The notes under the pieces: model-generated
Told to the model about the DNA's origin: nothing
Database searches by the model: none
Seen by the model: only the letters and a program-made list of their open reading frames with translations
NCBI GenBank assembly: GCA_016432285.1
Contig: CP066682.1
Span: 528,428-592,427, forward strand
Length of the DNA: 64,000 nucleotides
DNA from: Candidatus Kaiserbacteria bacterium
GTDB lineage: Bacteria; Patescibacteriota; Minisyncoccia; Phycocordibacterales; UBA2100
Direction: 5' to 3'
Position numbers and translations under genes: made by a program
Shown here: positions 10,727 to 17,886 of the stretch, one piece after another
Layout: each line of letters starts with the position of its first letter
Numbering within the stretch: the stretch's first letter is position 1

Positions 10727-10809
10727 GGCGCGGCGATTATACCACTTTGCGTTTTTCGACAAAAGAAAGCGGCCGCCGGGACAAACCCAGACGCGGCCGC
10801 GGCACGAAT

Positions 10810-11118
10810 TTAATCGCGCTCGTTTTCGGGAACGACGCGGACTGCATAAAAGAGCAATCCGTACCGCTCTCTCAAAATTCGGACGTTTTCGTCCGGACTC
10901 TCTCTTCCCTTACCGAGCTCTGCGACCCACTGTCGGAGGGCTTTCGGTATATCGCGTTCACTGACCGTGCCGCCATCTCTCGGGAGGGCAACGATCTGGT
11001 CGGCAAGGCGATAAAAGTCGAATGCCCGTGGTGGTGCTTTTGCAAGAAGCAGGGCGATTTCGACTCCAAGGAAAAGGAGGAGCACGATTGTTCGTGCGTG
11101 ACTTTCAAACTGACGCAT
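10810..11118 (-). CDS. Hypothetical small membrane protein (103 aa) at the head of the grpE-dnaK-dnaJ cluster
   Basis: ATG at 11118 is preceded by AAGGGG (SD-like). One N-terminal TM helix. The longer TTG-start version would overlap the predicted promoter. Confidence 0.4.
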   Translation of the reverse strand: MRQFESHARTIVLLLFLGVEIALLLAKAPPRAFDFYRLADQIVALPRDGGTVSERDIPKALRQWVAELGKGRESPDENVRILRERYGLLFYAVRVVPENERD

Positions 11119-11169
11119 CGGAGCACCCCTTGATACGAGTTGTGGGTCCGTTTGCGCCTCCCAAATTTC

Positions 11170-11262
11170 AGTATTGCACAAAAAAGCCCCGTTGTCAATA
11201 CAGAGACCTCAATACAGAGACCTGGTCTCTGGGGTTTTCACAGAGGACAGGTCTCTGGGATT
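11170..11262 (-). promoter_or_regulatory. Predicted sigma70-type promoter with an overlapping cluster of GAGACC/GGTCTC repeats (candidate operator) upstream of the hyp-grpE-dnaK-dnaJ genes
   Basis: On the minus strand: TTGACA (11198-11193), a 17-nt spacer, then TGnAATACT (-10 at 11175-11170). Two tandem 14-bp direct repeats TCAATACAGAGACC (11195-11208, 11209-11222), an inverted repeat CAGAGACC-T-GGTCTCTG, and a further CAGAGGAC..GTCTCTG copy. Confidence 0.4.
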
Positions 11263-11273
11263 TTGATGCGAGA

Positions 11274-11301
11274 AAAAGGCCCCACCGGGGCCATTTTCTA
11301 T
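11274..11301. terminator. Bidirectional rho-independent terminator downstream of rpsI
   Basis: AAAAAGGCCCC-ACCG-GGGCC-ATTTTCT: a GC stem flanked by A-run and T-run. Confidence 0.55.
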
Positions 11302-11318
11302 CGTTTGCCACAACTTGC

Positions 11319-11717
11319 TTAGCGTTTCGACCACTGCGGGGCGCGGCGAGCGGCCTTGAGGCCGAACTTCTTGCGCTCCTTTGCGCGCGGGTCGCGCTTT
11401 AGAAAGCCTCGCACTTTGAGATCCTTTCGTTGTTCCGGCACGACTTCGGAGATCGCGCGCGAGAGGCCGTGCCTCACGGCTTCTGCCTGGGCCTTCAGTC
11501 CCCCGCCGTGCACCTTCGCGGATACGGCGTAGTTGGCACCGAGCACTTGGAGCGGGGCGAACGCGGTCTTCACCATGACCTCAAGTGGAAAATAGTCATC
11601 GGCGCTCTTGCCGTTGACCGTCATCGAGGCGCTCTTACTCTCCGTGATGCGCACGCGCGCCGTCGCCGTCTTGCGGCGACCGATTGCTTCCGTATACCGG
11701 GTGTCCTTTGCGCTCAT
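11319..11717 (-). CDS. rpsI: 30S ribosomal protein S9
   Basis: C-terminus ...GLKAARRAPQWSKR and overall S9 pattern. Confidence 0.95.
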   Translation of the reverse strand: MSAKDTRYTEAIGRRKTATARVRITESKSASMTVNGKSADDYFPLEVMVKTAFAPLQVLGANYAVSAKVHGGGLKAQAEAVRHGLSRAISEVVPEQRKDLKVRGFLKRDPRAKERKKFGLKAARRAPQWSKR

Positions 11718-11719
11718 AC

Positions 11720-12076
11720 TTATGCGTTGATGGTGAGATTTTTAATGCGTGCTGTGCGGAAGGTATTGCGCGGCAGCATGCGCAGTACGGCACGCTTCAG
11801 AGGTTCGGCCGAGCCGCGGCGAGCAGAGAGTGACTGGAAGCTCTCGCGCTTCAAGCCGCCCGGATATCCCGAGTACGTGAGATAGGTCTTTTTGATGCGC
11901 TTACGGTCGCGCACAGAGAGCTTCGAGACATTGTTGATCACTACCTTCACCTCGCTGCGCTTATTCGGCGTGTAGTCCGCGCTCATTTTACCCATGAGAG
12001 CTTTCGCGGCTTCGGAGGCCACGCGTCCGAGCGTCTTGCCTGCTGCGTCGATGGTGTATTCGGTCATATTAGACAA
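11720..12076 (-). CDS. rplM: 50S ribosomal protein L13
   Basis: L13 signature sequence. Upstream of rpsI, as in the canonical rplM-rpsI pair. Confidence 0.95.
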   Translation of the reverse strand: MSNMTEYTIDAAGKTLGRVASEAAKALMGKMSADYTPNKRSEVKVVINNVSKLSVRDRKRIKKTYLTYSGYPGGLKRESFQSLSARRGSAEPLKRAVLRMLPRNTFRTARIKNLTINA

Positions 12077-12422
12077 ATTCGATTCGCGCCGACTCGATCA
12101 TGCGCTTCCCCACGCGGCCGAGACGCACGATGCGCGTGTAGCCGCCGCTGCGTTTCGCGTAGCGAGGAGCGAGCGTGTCGTGCAGTTTCTTGATAGTTTC
12201 GGCGGAATTACCGACGATCGAAGCGGCCGCCCTTCGACTTCCCGCCGTGTTGGACTTGCTCTCGGTGATGAGGCGCTCCACAAAGGGCCTGAGCTCCTTG
12301 GCCTTGGCGACCGTCGTTACGATCCCCTCCTGCAGCACAAGCGAGCGTGCGAGCGAGCGAAGCAGCGCAGTACGCTGACTCTTTACGCGGTGCAGTTTTC
12401 GCTTCGCTTTGTGATGACGCAT
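12069..12422 (-). CDS. rplQ: 50S ribosomal protein L17
   Basis: MRHHKAKRKLHRVKSQRTALLRSLA... L17. Confidence 0.95.
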   Translation of the reverse strand: MRHHKAKRKLHRVKSQRTALLRSLARSLVLQEGIVTTVAKAKELRPFVERLITESKSNTAGSRRAAASIVGNSAETIKKLHDTLAPRYAKRSGGYTRIVRLGRVGKRMIESARIEFV

Positions 12423-12424
12423 AG

Positions 12425-13396
12425 TTACTGAGTGCGGAGCGTAAGTCCGAGGTTGGAGAGCGAGCGTTTGATGTCCTGCAAACCCTTCTGGCCTAGGCCC
12501 TCGATCGAGAGGAGGTCATCCTCACGCTTGCGAACAAGGCCGCCGACGGTGCGGATCGATGCGTTGTCGAGTGCCGCTTCCACGCGTTGTGGCAGGTTGA
12601 GCTCCGTGATGCGCGTCTTGAGGATTTCCGCGTCCATCGGCGGCATTTTCTCATCGCGCATACCGCGCTCCTTTTCGGACGCAGGCGCGATCTCCGTCGT
12701 GTCTTCCTCCTTGAAGCCGACAACGGCTTTCAGCTGGTGGATCATGGTTTCGATGGAGCGCTCGAGCGCCTCTCGCGCACCCAGCGTGCCGTCAGTCTCG
12801 ATGAGAATGCGGAGGCGGTTGAAGTCGGTCCGGTCCCCCACGCGCATGTTCTCCACCTCGTAGTTGACGCGGCGGATCGGGCTGAAAATCGCATCGAGTG
12901 CGATGGTGCCGATGTCGACACGCTCCTTCTGGTGTGCTTCTTTCGGGATGTATCCGAGTCCTCGCTCGGCGCGAAGCTCCAGCTCGAGCGTGGCCTTGCC
13001 GGTGATTTCGGCGATGTGGCTCTCGGGATTGAGGATTTCCACCTGCCCCGGGAGCTTCAAGTCTGCCGCGGTAACTGTCTTCGGCCCTTTGACCGAAAGC
13101 GTGATCGTTTGCGCCTCGTCGGTGAGGATCTTGAGACGGATCTTTCTGAGATTGAGAAGCATCGTAACGACGTCTTCCTTGACGCCGTCGATGGTGGAAA
13201 ATTCATGCGAAACGCCTGGGATCTTGACGTGCGTGACGGCAGCGCCCGGAAGCGAGGAGAGGATGATGCGGCGGAGCGAGTTGCCGAGCGTGTAGCCGTA
13301 GCCTGGGTAGAGGCCGTCTATTTCGTACGTACCGGTTCGCTCCGTTTCGGAGACGACGCGGGGCTTGCTCGGAAGCGCGATGTGATAATCAGACAT
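12425..13396 (-). CDS. rpoA: DNA-directed RNA polymerase alpha subunit
   Basis: N-terminal domain (GYGYTLGNSLRRILLSSLPG) and C-terminal domain. Located between rpsD and rplQ. Confidence 0.95.
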   Translation of the reverse strand: MSDYHIALPSKPRVVSETERTGTYEIDGLYPGYGYTLGNSLRRIILSSLPGAAVTHVKIPGVSHEFSTIDGVKEDVVTMLLNLRKIRLKILTDEAQTITLSVKGPKTVTAADLKLPGQVEILNPESHIAEITGKATLELELRAERGLGYIPKEAHQKERVDIGTIALDAIFSPIRRVNYEVENMRVGDRTDFNRLRILIETDGTLGAREALERSIETMIHQLKAVVGFKEEDTTEIAPASEKERGMRDEKMPPMDAEILKTRITELNLPQRVEAALDNASIRTVGGLVRKREDDLLSIEGLGQKGLQDIKRSLSNLGLTLRTQ

Positions 13397-13474
13397 AAGG
13401 ATGATGGACCTGTTCGGATATCCTTTAGACGAATAAAAAATGCCGCGAGAAACAAAACGCCCGCCAGTGTACCA

Positions 13475-14083
13475 CTATCTGCTGTAAAACTCAAATACCG
13501 TGGCGTAATCGAGGACGGTCTCTCCGGGCGTGTATACAGGCTCACCGAGCACCAGCACCTCGAGCGTGCCGCGGTCGAAATTGAGCCACTGCGGCGGTGT
13601 GCGGCCTGTTGCCTCCTCGCTCGCGAAGACTGCAAACAAGGGGCTCCGGCGGCTTCCCTCGCGAACCGTGAGCTTGTCGCCCTTTCTGAGCGCGTGCGAA
13701 GGGGTGGTGATCCGACGTCCGTTGACGAGCACGTGCCCGTGGCTTACGAGCTGCCTCGCGGCGCGGCGCGTGGGGGCAAGGCCTGCGCGATACACGACGC
13801 TGTCGGCGCGCATCTCAAGCGCGCGGTGAAGTGCGGTCGACGGGTCGGGTGCGGTGTATGCCACCTTGGCGTAGTTGGAGAGCTGGCGCTCCTGAAGGCC
13901 GTACGTGTAGCGCACACGCTGCTTTTCGAGCAACTGGCGGCCGTAGTCGGAGGCGCCGCGCGGGCGGCGTTTGGTCTTCACGGAGCGTGCTTCGGAGAGC
14001 GCGAACTTCTGCGACTGCGTCTGCTCGAAGACCGCAGCACCGAGTCGTTTGGCGATCTTGTATTTTGATTTGACGGGCAACAT
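13475..14083 (-). CDS. rpsD: 30S ribosomal protein S4
   Basis: S4 N-terminus plus an S4 RNA-binding domain. Confidence 0.95.
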   Translation of the reverse strand: MLPVKSKYKIAKRLGAAVFEQTQSQKFALSEARSVKTKRRPRGASDYGRQLLEKQRVRYTYGLQERQLSNYAKVAYTAPDPSTALHRALEMRADSVVYRAGLAPTRRAARQLVSHGHVLVNGRRITTPSHALRKGDKLTVREGSRRSPLFAVFASEEATGRTPPQWLNFDRGTLEVLVLGEPVYTPGETVLDYATVFEFYSR

Positions 14084-14103
14084 AAAAATATTCGTGCGGC
14101 TGA

Positions 14104-14538
14104 CTAGACGCGGCGAGGCTTCGGAGCGCGGGGGCCGTTGTGCGGCACCGGTGTGTCGTCGGCGATTCTGGTAATCTCAATTCCCTTTCCGGCAAAACCA
14201 CGAAGGGCGGATTCGCGACCGGCGCCAACGCCGCGGATCACGACGTCGACTTCCTTCAGGCCGATGATGTTGGCTTTGTCGCCCACGAGCTCCCCCACCT
14301 TGGCAGCCGCAAAAGGCGTGCCCTTCTTCGCGCCCGAAAAACCGAGCGCCCCAGAAGACGACCACGCGACAGCGTTGCCCTCCTTGTCGGTGAGCAGCAC
14401 CTTCGTGTTGTTGTAGGTCGCGTGCACGTGGAGCGTACCCGCGAGGATGTTCTTTTTGGCCACGCGAGCGAGCGAGCGCGACTTGAGGCCCTGATCCACA
14501 GTGCCTCCCGATTTACGAATGATGCGTTTCTTTCCCAT
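14104..14538 (-). CDS. rpsK: 30S ribosomal protein S11
   Basis: ...HVHATYNNTKVLLTDKEGNAVAWSSSG... S11. Confidence 0.95.
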   Translation of the reverse strand: MGKKRIIRKSGGTVDQGLKSRSLARVAKKNILAGTLHVHATYNNTKVLLTDKEGNAVAWSSSGALGFSGAKKGTPFAAAKVGELVGDKANIIGLKEVDVVIRGVGAGRESALRGFAGKGIEITRIADDTPVPHNGPRAPKPRRV

Positions 14539-14541
14539 AGT

Positions 14542-14922
14542 TTATGTTTTCTCCAGCTTGCGGCGACCGCTGGTCATAGTCTTTCTCACGTTGCCGCGAA
14601 TGGTACGGGAGTTGGTCTTGGTGCGCTGCCCGCGGACCGGGAGCTTCTTCTGATGGCGGACACCTCGGTGCGCCTTGATGTCGCGGAGGCGTCGGATGTT
14701 GGCGCTGATTTCGCGGCGGAGCTCGCCTTCGAGTGGGAACTTCTCGATCATTTCGCGAAGCGCTGCCTCCTCTTTCGCGCTCAAATCCGCAGGACGCTTT
14801 CCAAAGTCGATTCCGAGTGCCTCAAGCGTCGCTTGTGCGCGGGGTCGGCCCACGCCGTAAATGGCGGTGAGCGCGATTTCGAGGCGCTTTTCCGGGACTG
14901 TTACTCCTGCAATACGAAGCAT
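14542..14922 (-). CDS. rpsM: 30S ribosomal protein S13
   Basis: MLRIAGVTVPEKRLEIALTAIYGVG... S13. Confidence 0.95.
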   Translation of the reverse strand: MLRIAGVTVPEKRLEIALTAIYGVGRPRAQATLEALGIDFGKRPADLSAKEEAALREMIEKFPLEGELRREISANIRRLRDIKAHRGVRHQKKLPVRGQRTKTNSRTIRGNVRKTMTSGRRKLEKT

Positions 14923-14952
14923 ACGATGGTGAAATAAATATTCGATGTATGA

Positions 14953-15066
14953 ATTGCTCCTAGCCTTGCCGCTGCTTGTGGCGGGGGTTGGTGCAGATGA
15001 CCCAGAGGCGGCCCCTGCGTTTTACGGTGCGGCAACGCACACAGATCTTTTTGACCGACGCTTTCA
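14953..15066 (-). CDS. rpmJ: 50S ribosomal protein L36 (not in the supplied ORF track because it is under 60 aa)
   Basis: Manual minus-strand translation gives [38 protein letters not shown]36 zinc-ribbon pattern, in the canonical position between infA and rpsM. Confidence 0.85.
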
Positions 15067-15079
15067 CTTTCATGGAATA

Positions 15080-15286
15080 TTAGAATCTGCGTATGATGCG
15101 CGCCCGCCCGCCGTACGGGTCGAGCTGAACGCTTACCCGGTCGCCGACCAGAACCTTAATTCTGTGCAGGCGCATTTTACCCGCAAGGTACGAAAGAATG
15201 GTCTCGCCGTTTTGGAGCTTGACTCGAAAAAGAGTATTGGGAAGGGCCTCATCGATGATTCCCTCAACAACCTCAGCTTCTCCCAT
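15080..15286 (-). CDS. infA: Translation initiation factor IF-1
   Basis: S1-like fold sequence ...GIIDEALPNTLFRVKLQNGETILSYLAGKMRLHRIKVLVGDRV... Confidence 0.9.
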   Translation of the reverse strand: MGEAEVVEGIIDEALPNTLFRVKLQNGETILSYLAGKMRLHRIKVLVGDRVSVQLDPYGGRARIIRRF

Positions 15287-15325
15287 ATCTTGCGCGCCAA
15301 AGAGTATCAGCCTTGCCTCAAAAGG

Positions 15326-16684
15326 TCAAGCATTTCCTGCCGCTTTCGGCTCCCCGATCTTGATTTGTATGTCCGCCGGGTCCGTCGGGAAGGTTTTTTT
15401 CCAGAACGGTTCGATGCGCGCCTTCGCCTCTTCTATGCTCGGGAAGGTGCCGAGGATCGTTTCGAAGGCGCTCTCCTCGCGCCCGGCGAGCGCGGCGGCG
15501 AGCGCCGGAGCGTCGACATTCCATACTAAGGTGGCACTTCCTCGGAGCGTGAACTCCAAGGGGCCGTCCGAAAGCGCACCCGTGGTCGCGGCAGCGGCAG
15601 TCAGATTTTCTCCTGGGCGCAGCTGCACGCTTCCTTCTGCCGCGTCGGCACTCACGCTTTGCGCAACGACTGCGGCAAAGGCGGGTGCGGGGAAAACAGG
15701 GATCTCAACGCGCGCTTTCTCGTAGATGCGGACGCCTCCTCCAGCCTCTGTCGTGGGCGGCATCGCCTCGTAGGTAACGCGCGCGAGATCGGGGAACGCG
15801 AAACTATTTGCATCAGTAGCGGCACCGGCCGACTCACGCACCTTGCTCTCGAGGCGGTTCCGCATGCTCGCGCGCGCGGCGTCGAGCGTGCTTTCCGCAA
15901 CACGCGGACGCTCGCCCGCGAATCCGCCGCTCATCGCAGCGCTCGATTTTGCGTACACTTTCGCGTACATATCGGGGGATGATTTGAGACCAGGGAGCGT
16001 GAAGCGCTCAATCGGCCCGATGTTGTATTGCTCTCCCGGAGCGTCGGCGATCACCGTCACGCTGACACGGCCAGGAGTGGTGCCAGATTTGCCAGGTACG
16101 CTGACCTCGGCCGGTACGCGGAACACGAGTCCGTCGGGAGTTTGGAATCTGGTATTTTTGATGAGCTTCACAGGCGAGGCGGAGTATTCGTTGTATACGG
16201 TGATCGTACCGCTCGCGCGCTCCTGCACGTTTTCGGTACCTTCCGCATCGACGACTTCCGATTCCTCCAACTCCACTGTCTCTAAAGTGTACGGCAGTGT
16301 GCCCGCTGCGGCAGTGGCGGCCGGATACGCGGTGAAGCGCGCGGTCTCGTCGAAGACGACAGTGTGCGATCGGGGCGTCACGCTCACGCTCGTGGGCCGC
16401 AGTGCGATCAAAGCAATCGCGCCGAGCACAAGAACCGATGCTCCCGCAGCGACCCACAACCATACGCGGGTAGAACTCTTGCCTGTGCCGGCTGAAATCG
16501 GACCACCAGTTTCTCGAACGTCGCCGATCTCCCGTGGGCGCTGCGGCCGGGGAGATACCGGAATGTTGCGGATCGTTTTTTCAACATCCTGCACCGGCGT
16601 GATGGGGATTTGGCGCGCGGGAGGCGGAGGTGGAGGTGTTGGCTCGCTTGGCGGTGTGATGTCCTGAAAATAGTCTTTCGCCAT
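15326..16684 (-). CDS. Single-pass membrane protein with a Pro-rich cytoplasmic N-terminus and a large extracytoplasmic domain
   Basis: PPSEPTPPPPPPARQIP..., then a TM helix (WLWVAAGASVLVLGAIALIAL), then about 350 aa of Ala/Thr/Val-rich sequence. Start taken at ATG 16684 (MAKDYF). Confidence 0.5.
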   Translation of the reverse strand: MAKDYFQDITPPSEPTPPPPPPARQIPITPVQDVEKTIRNIPVSPRPQRPREIGDVRETGGPISAGTGKSSTRVWLWVAAGASVLVLGAIALIALRPTSVSVTPRSHTVVFDETARFTAYPAATAAAGTLPYTLETVELEESEVVDAEGTENVQERASGTITVYNEYSASPVKLIKNTRFQTPDGLVFRVPAEVSVPGKSGTTPGRVSVTVIADAPGEQYNIGPIERFTLPGLKSSPDMYAKVYAKSSAAMSGGFAGERPRVAESTLDAARASMRNRLESKVRESAGAATDANSFAFPDLARVTYEAMPPTTEAGGGVRIYEKARVEIPVFPAPAFAAVVAQSVSADAAEGSVQLRPGENLTAAAATTGALSDGPLEFTLRGSATLVWNVDAPALAAALAGREESAFETILGTFPSIEEAKARIEPFWKKTFPTDPADIQIKIGEPKAAGNA

Positions 16685-16710
16685 GGTTGTTGTGAAGTAT
16701 ATCACTCGCG

Positions 16711-17868
16711 CTATTCGTCGCGCCCTTCAATGTTGACAAGTGCAAGGCTCGTCGCAAATCCCGCATCACTCTGAAGCTGCTCTCCGATATCGACGAATCG
16801 CGTAATCGCTGCACCGGCGATTTGTTCGGCCGCAAAAGGACGTGTGGTAACGGTGAACTGCGTAAAGTCGATGCGGGAAAAGAATTGCTGGAGCCACGAG
16901 GCGATGTCGTCTTCCGCGGTGAATAAAAGGCGATTGGGGAGGCGTGCTCTCGTGGCTATCTTCCCCATCCCCTCGCCGAAGATCTTGGCGAGGTCGGGCT
17001 CGACTTTGGCGATGGCGGCTTTGATCGCCTCACAACTCTCGTTCTCGCACTGATCGTGCGCGAGCATTTTCATGAGCGAAAGCGTCTCTTCCGGCATGCG
17101 ATCCGAGGCGATCTTCCTGAGTATCGAACGACTGCCTTCCGGAACGACCGTGTGATCAACGGTAACGCCTTGGCGCACGGCCGTGATGTCGGTGCCCTCG
17201 CTCGTAACGTCGACCACGAGACAATCCTTCGGCAAGTCGTGATTCTCGCGAAGAATCGAGAGAAAGGCGCGGGTCGGAGATCGAAATGCCACCTGCAAAC
17301 CCGGAAAAACGGCGCCGAGTGTTTCTTTTACCGAAGCGCGGACGTTTTTATCGCACTCGCTCACGAGCACGGAGACCGCGATGTCCGACGCTCGCTTCCC
17401 TTCGGGCTTACTCGTCGGATATCCCTGTAGCTCCACGCGGACGACGCTCGCTTCCATGATCGCGCTCTTGTCGAACTCCTGCTCCTGCGCGAGTGTTTCC
17501 TTTGCGAGTCGCCCAATGATCGCTTCGTCGATGAGCGTGGGCTCGGGAAATGTGGAACTCCCGCGGATGGTCTTGGAGCGCACCCAGGGCGCGTGGACGA
17601 TCGCGTACACGTCGGAGACTGGCTCCTTGTGCTTGTCGGCGTAGTGTTTCAGGGCAGTCTCGGCGCTCTCGCGCAAAAGCGTGGCGAGTGCGGAAGCGGT
17701 CTGAGCCGGCTCACGTTTCTCTTGCGGCAGGTACCCCCGCTGCTCCACGAGGACTTTGGAAGGCGCGGTGCCGCCGAAAGAAACGATCGCAATCCCAGCG
17801 CTGCCGCTTCCCACGTCGGCCACAGCAGCGACGCGCGCACTCTTTTTCCCAACAAACGGGATCATCAC
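16711..17868 (-). CDS. Actin-fold ATPase of the FtsA/PilM family
   Basis: Phosphate-1-like N-terminus (VAAVADVGSGSAGIAIVS). An FtsA-like segment (DVYAIVHAPWV...). A phosphate-2-like segment (CLVVDVTSEGTDITAV). Immediately upstream of the Pro-rich membrane protein. Confidence 0.6.
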   Translation of the reverse strand: MMIPFVGKKSARVAAVADVGSGSAGIAIVSFGGTAPSKVLVEQRGYLPQEKREPAQTASALATLLRESAETALKHYADKHKEPVSDVYAIVHAPWVRSKTIRGSSTFPEPTLIDEAIIGRLAKETLAQEQEFDKSAIMEASVVRVELQGYPTSKPEGKRASDIAVSVLVSECDKNVRASVKETLGAVFPGLQVAFRSPTRAFLSILRENHDLPKDCLVVDVTSEGTDITAVRQGVTVDHTVVPEGSRSILRKIASDRMPEETLSLMKMLAHDQCENESCEAIKAAIAKVEPDLAKIFGEGMGKIATRARLPNRLLFTAEDDIASWLQQFFSRIDFTQFTVTTRPFAAEQIAGAAITRFVDIGEQLQSDAGFATSLALVNIEGRDE

Positions 17869-17886
17869 CCGAAAGTATAACGCGGA

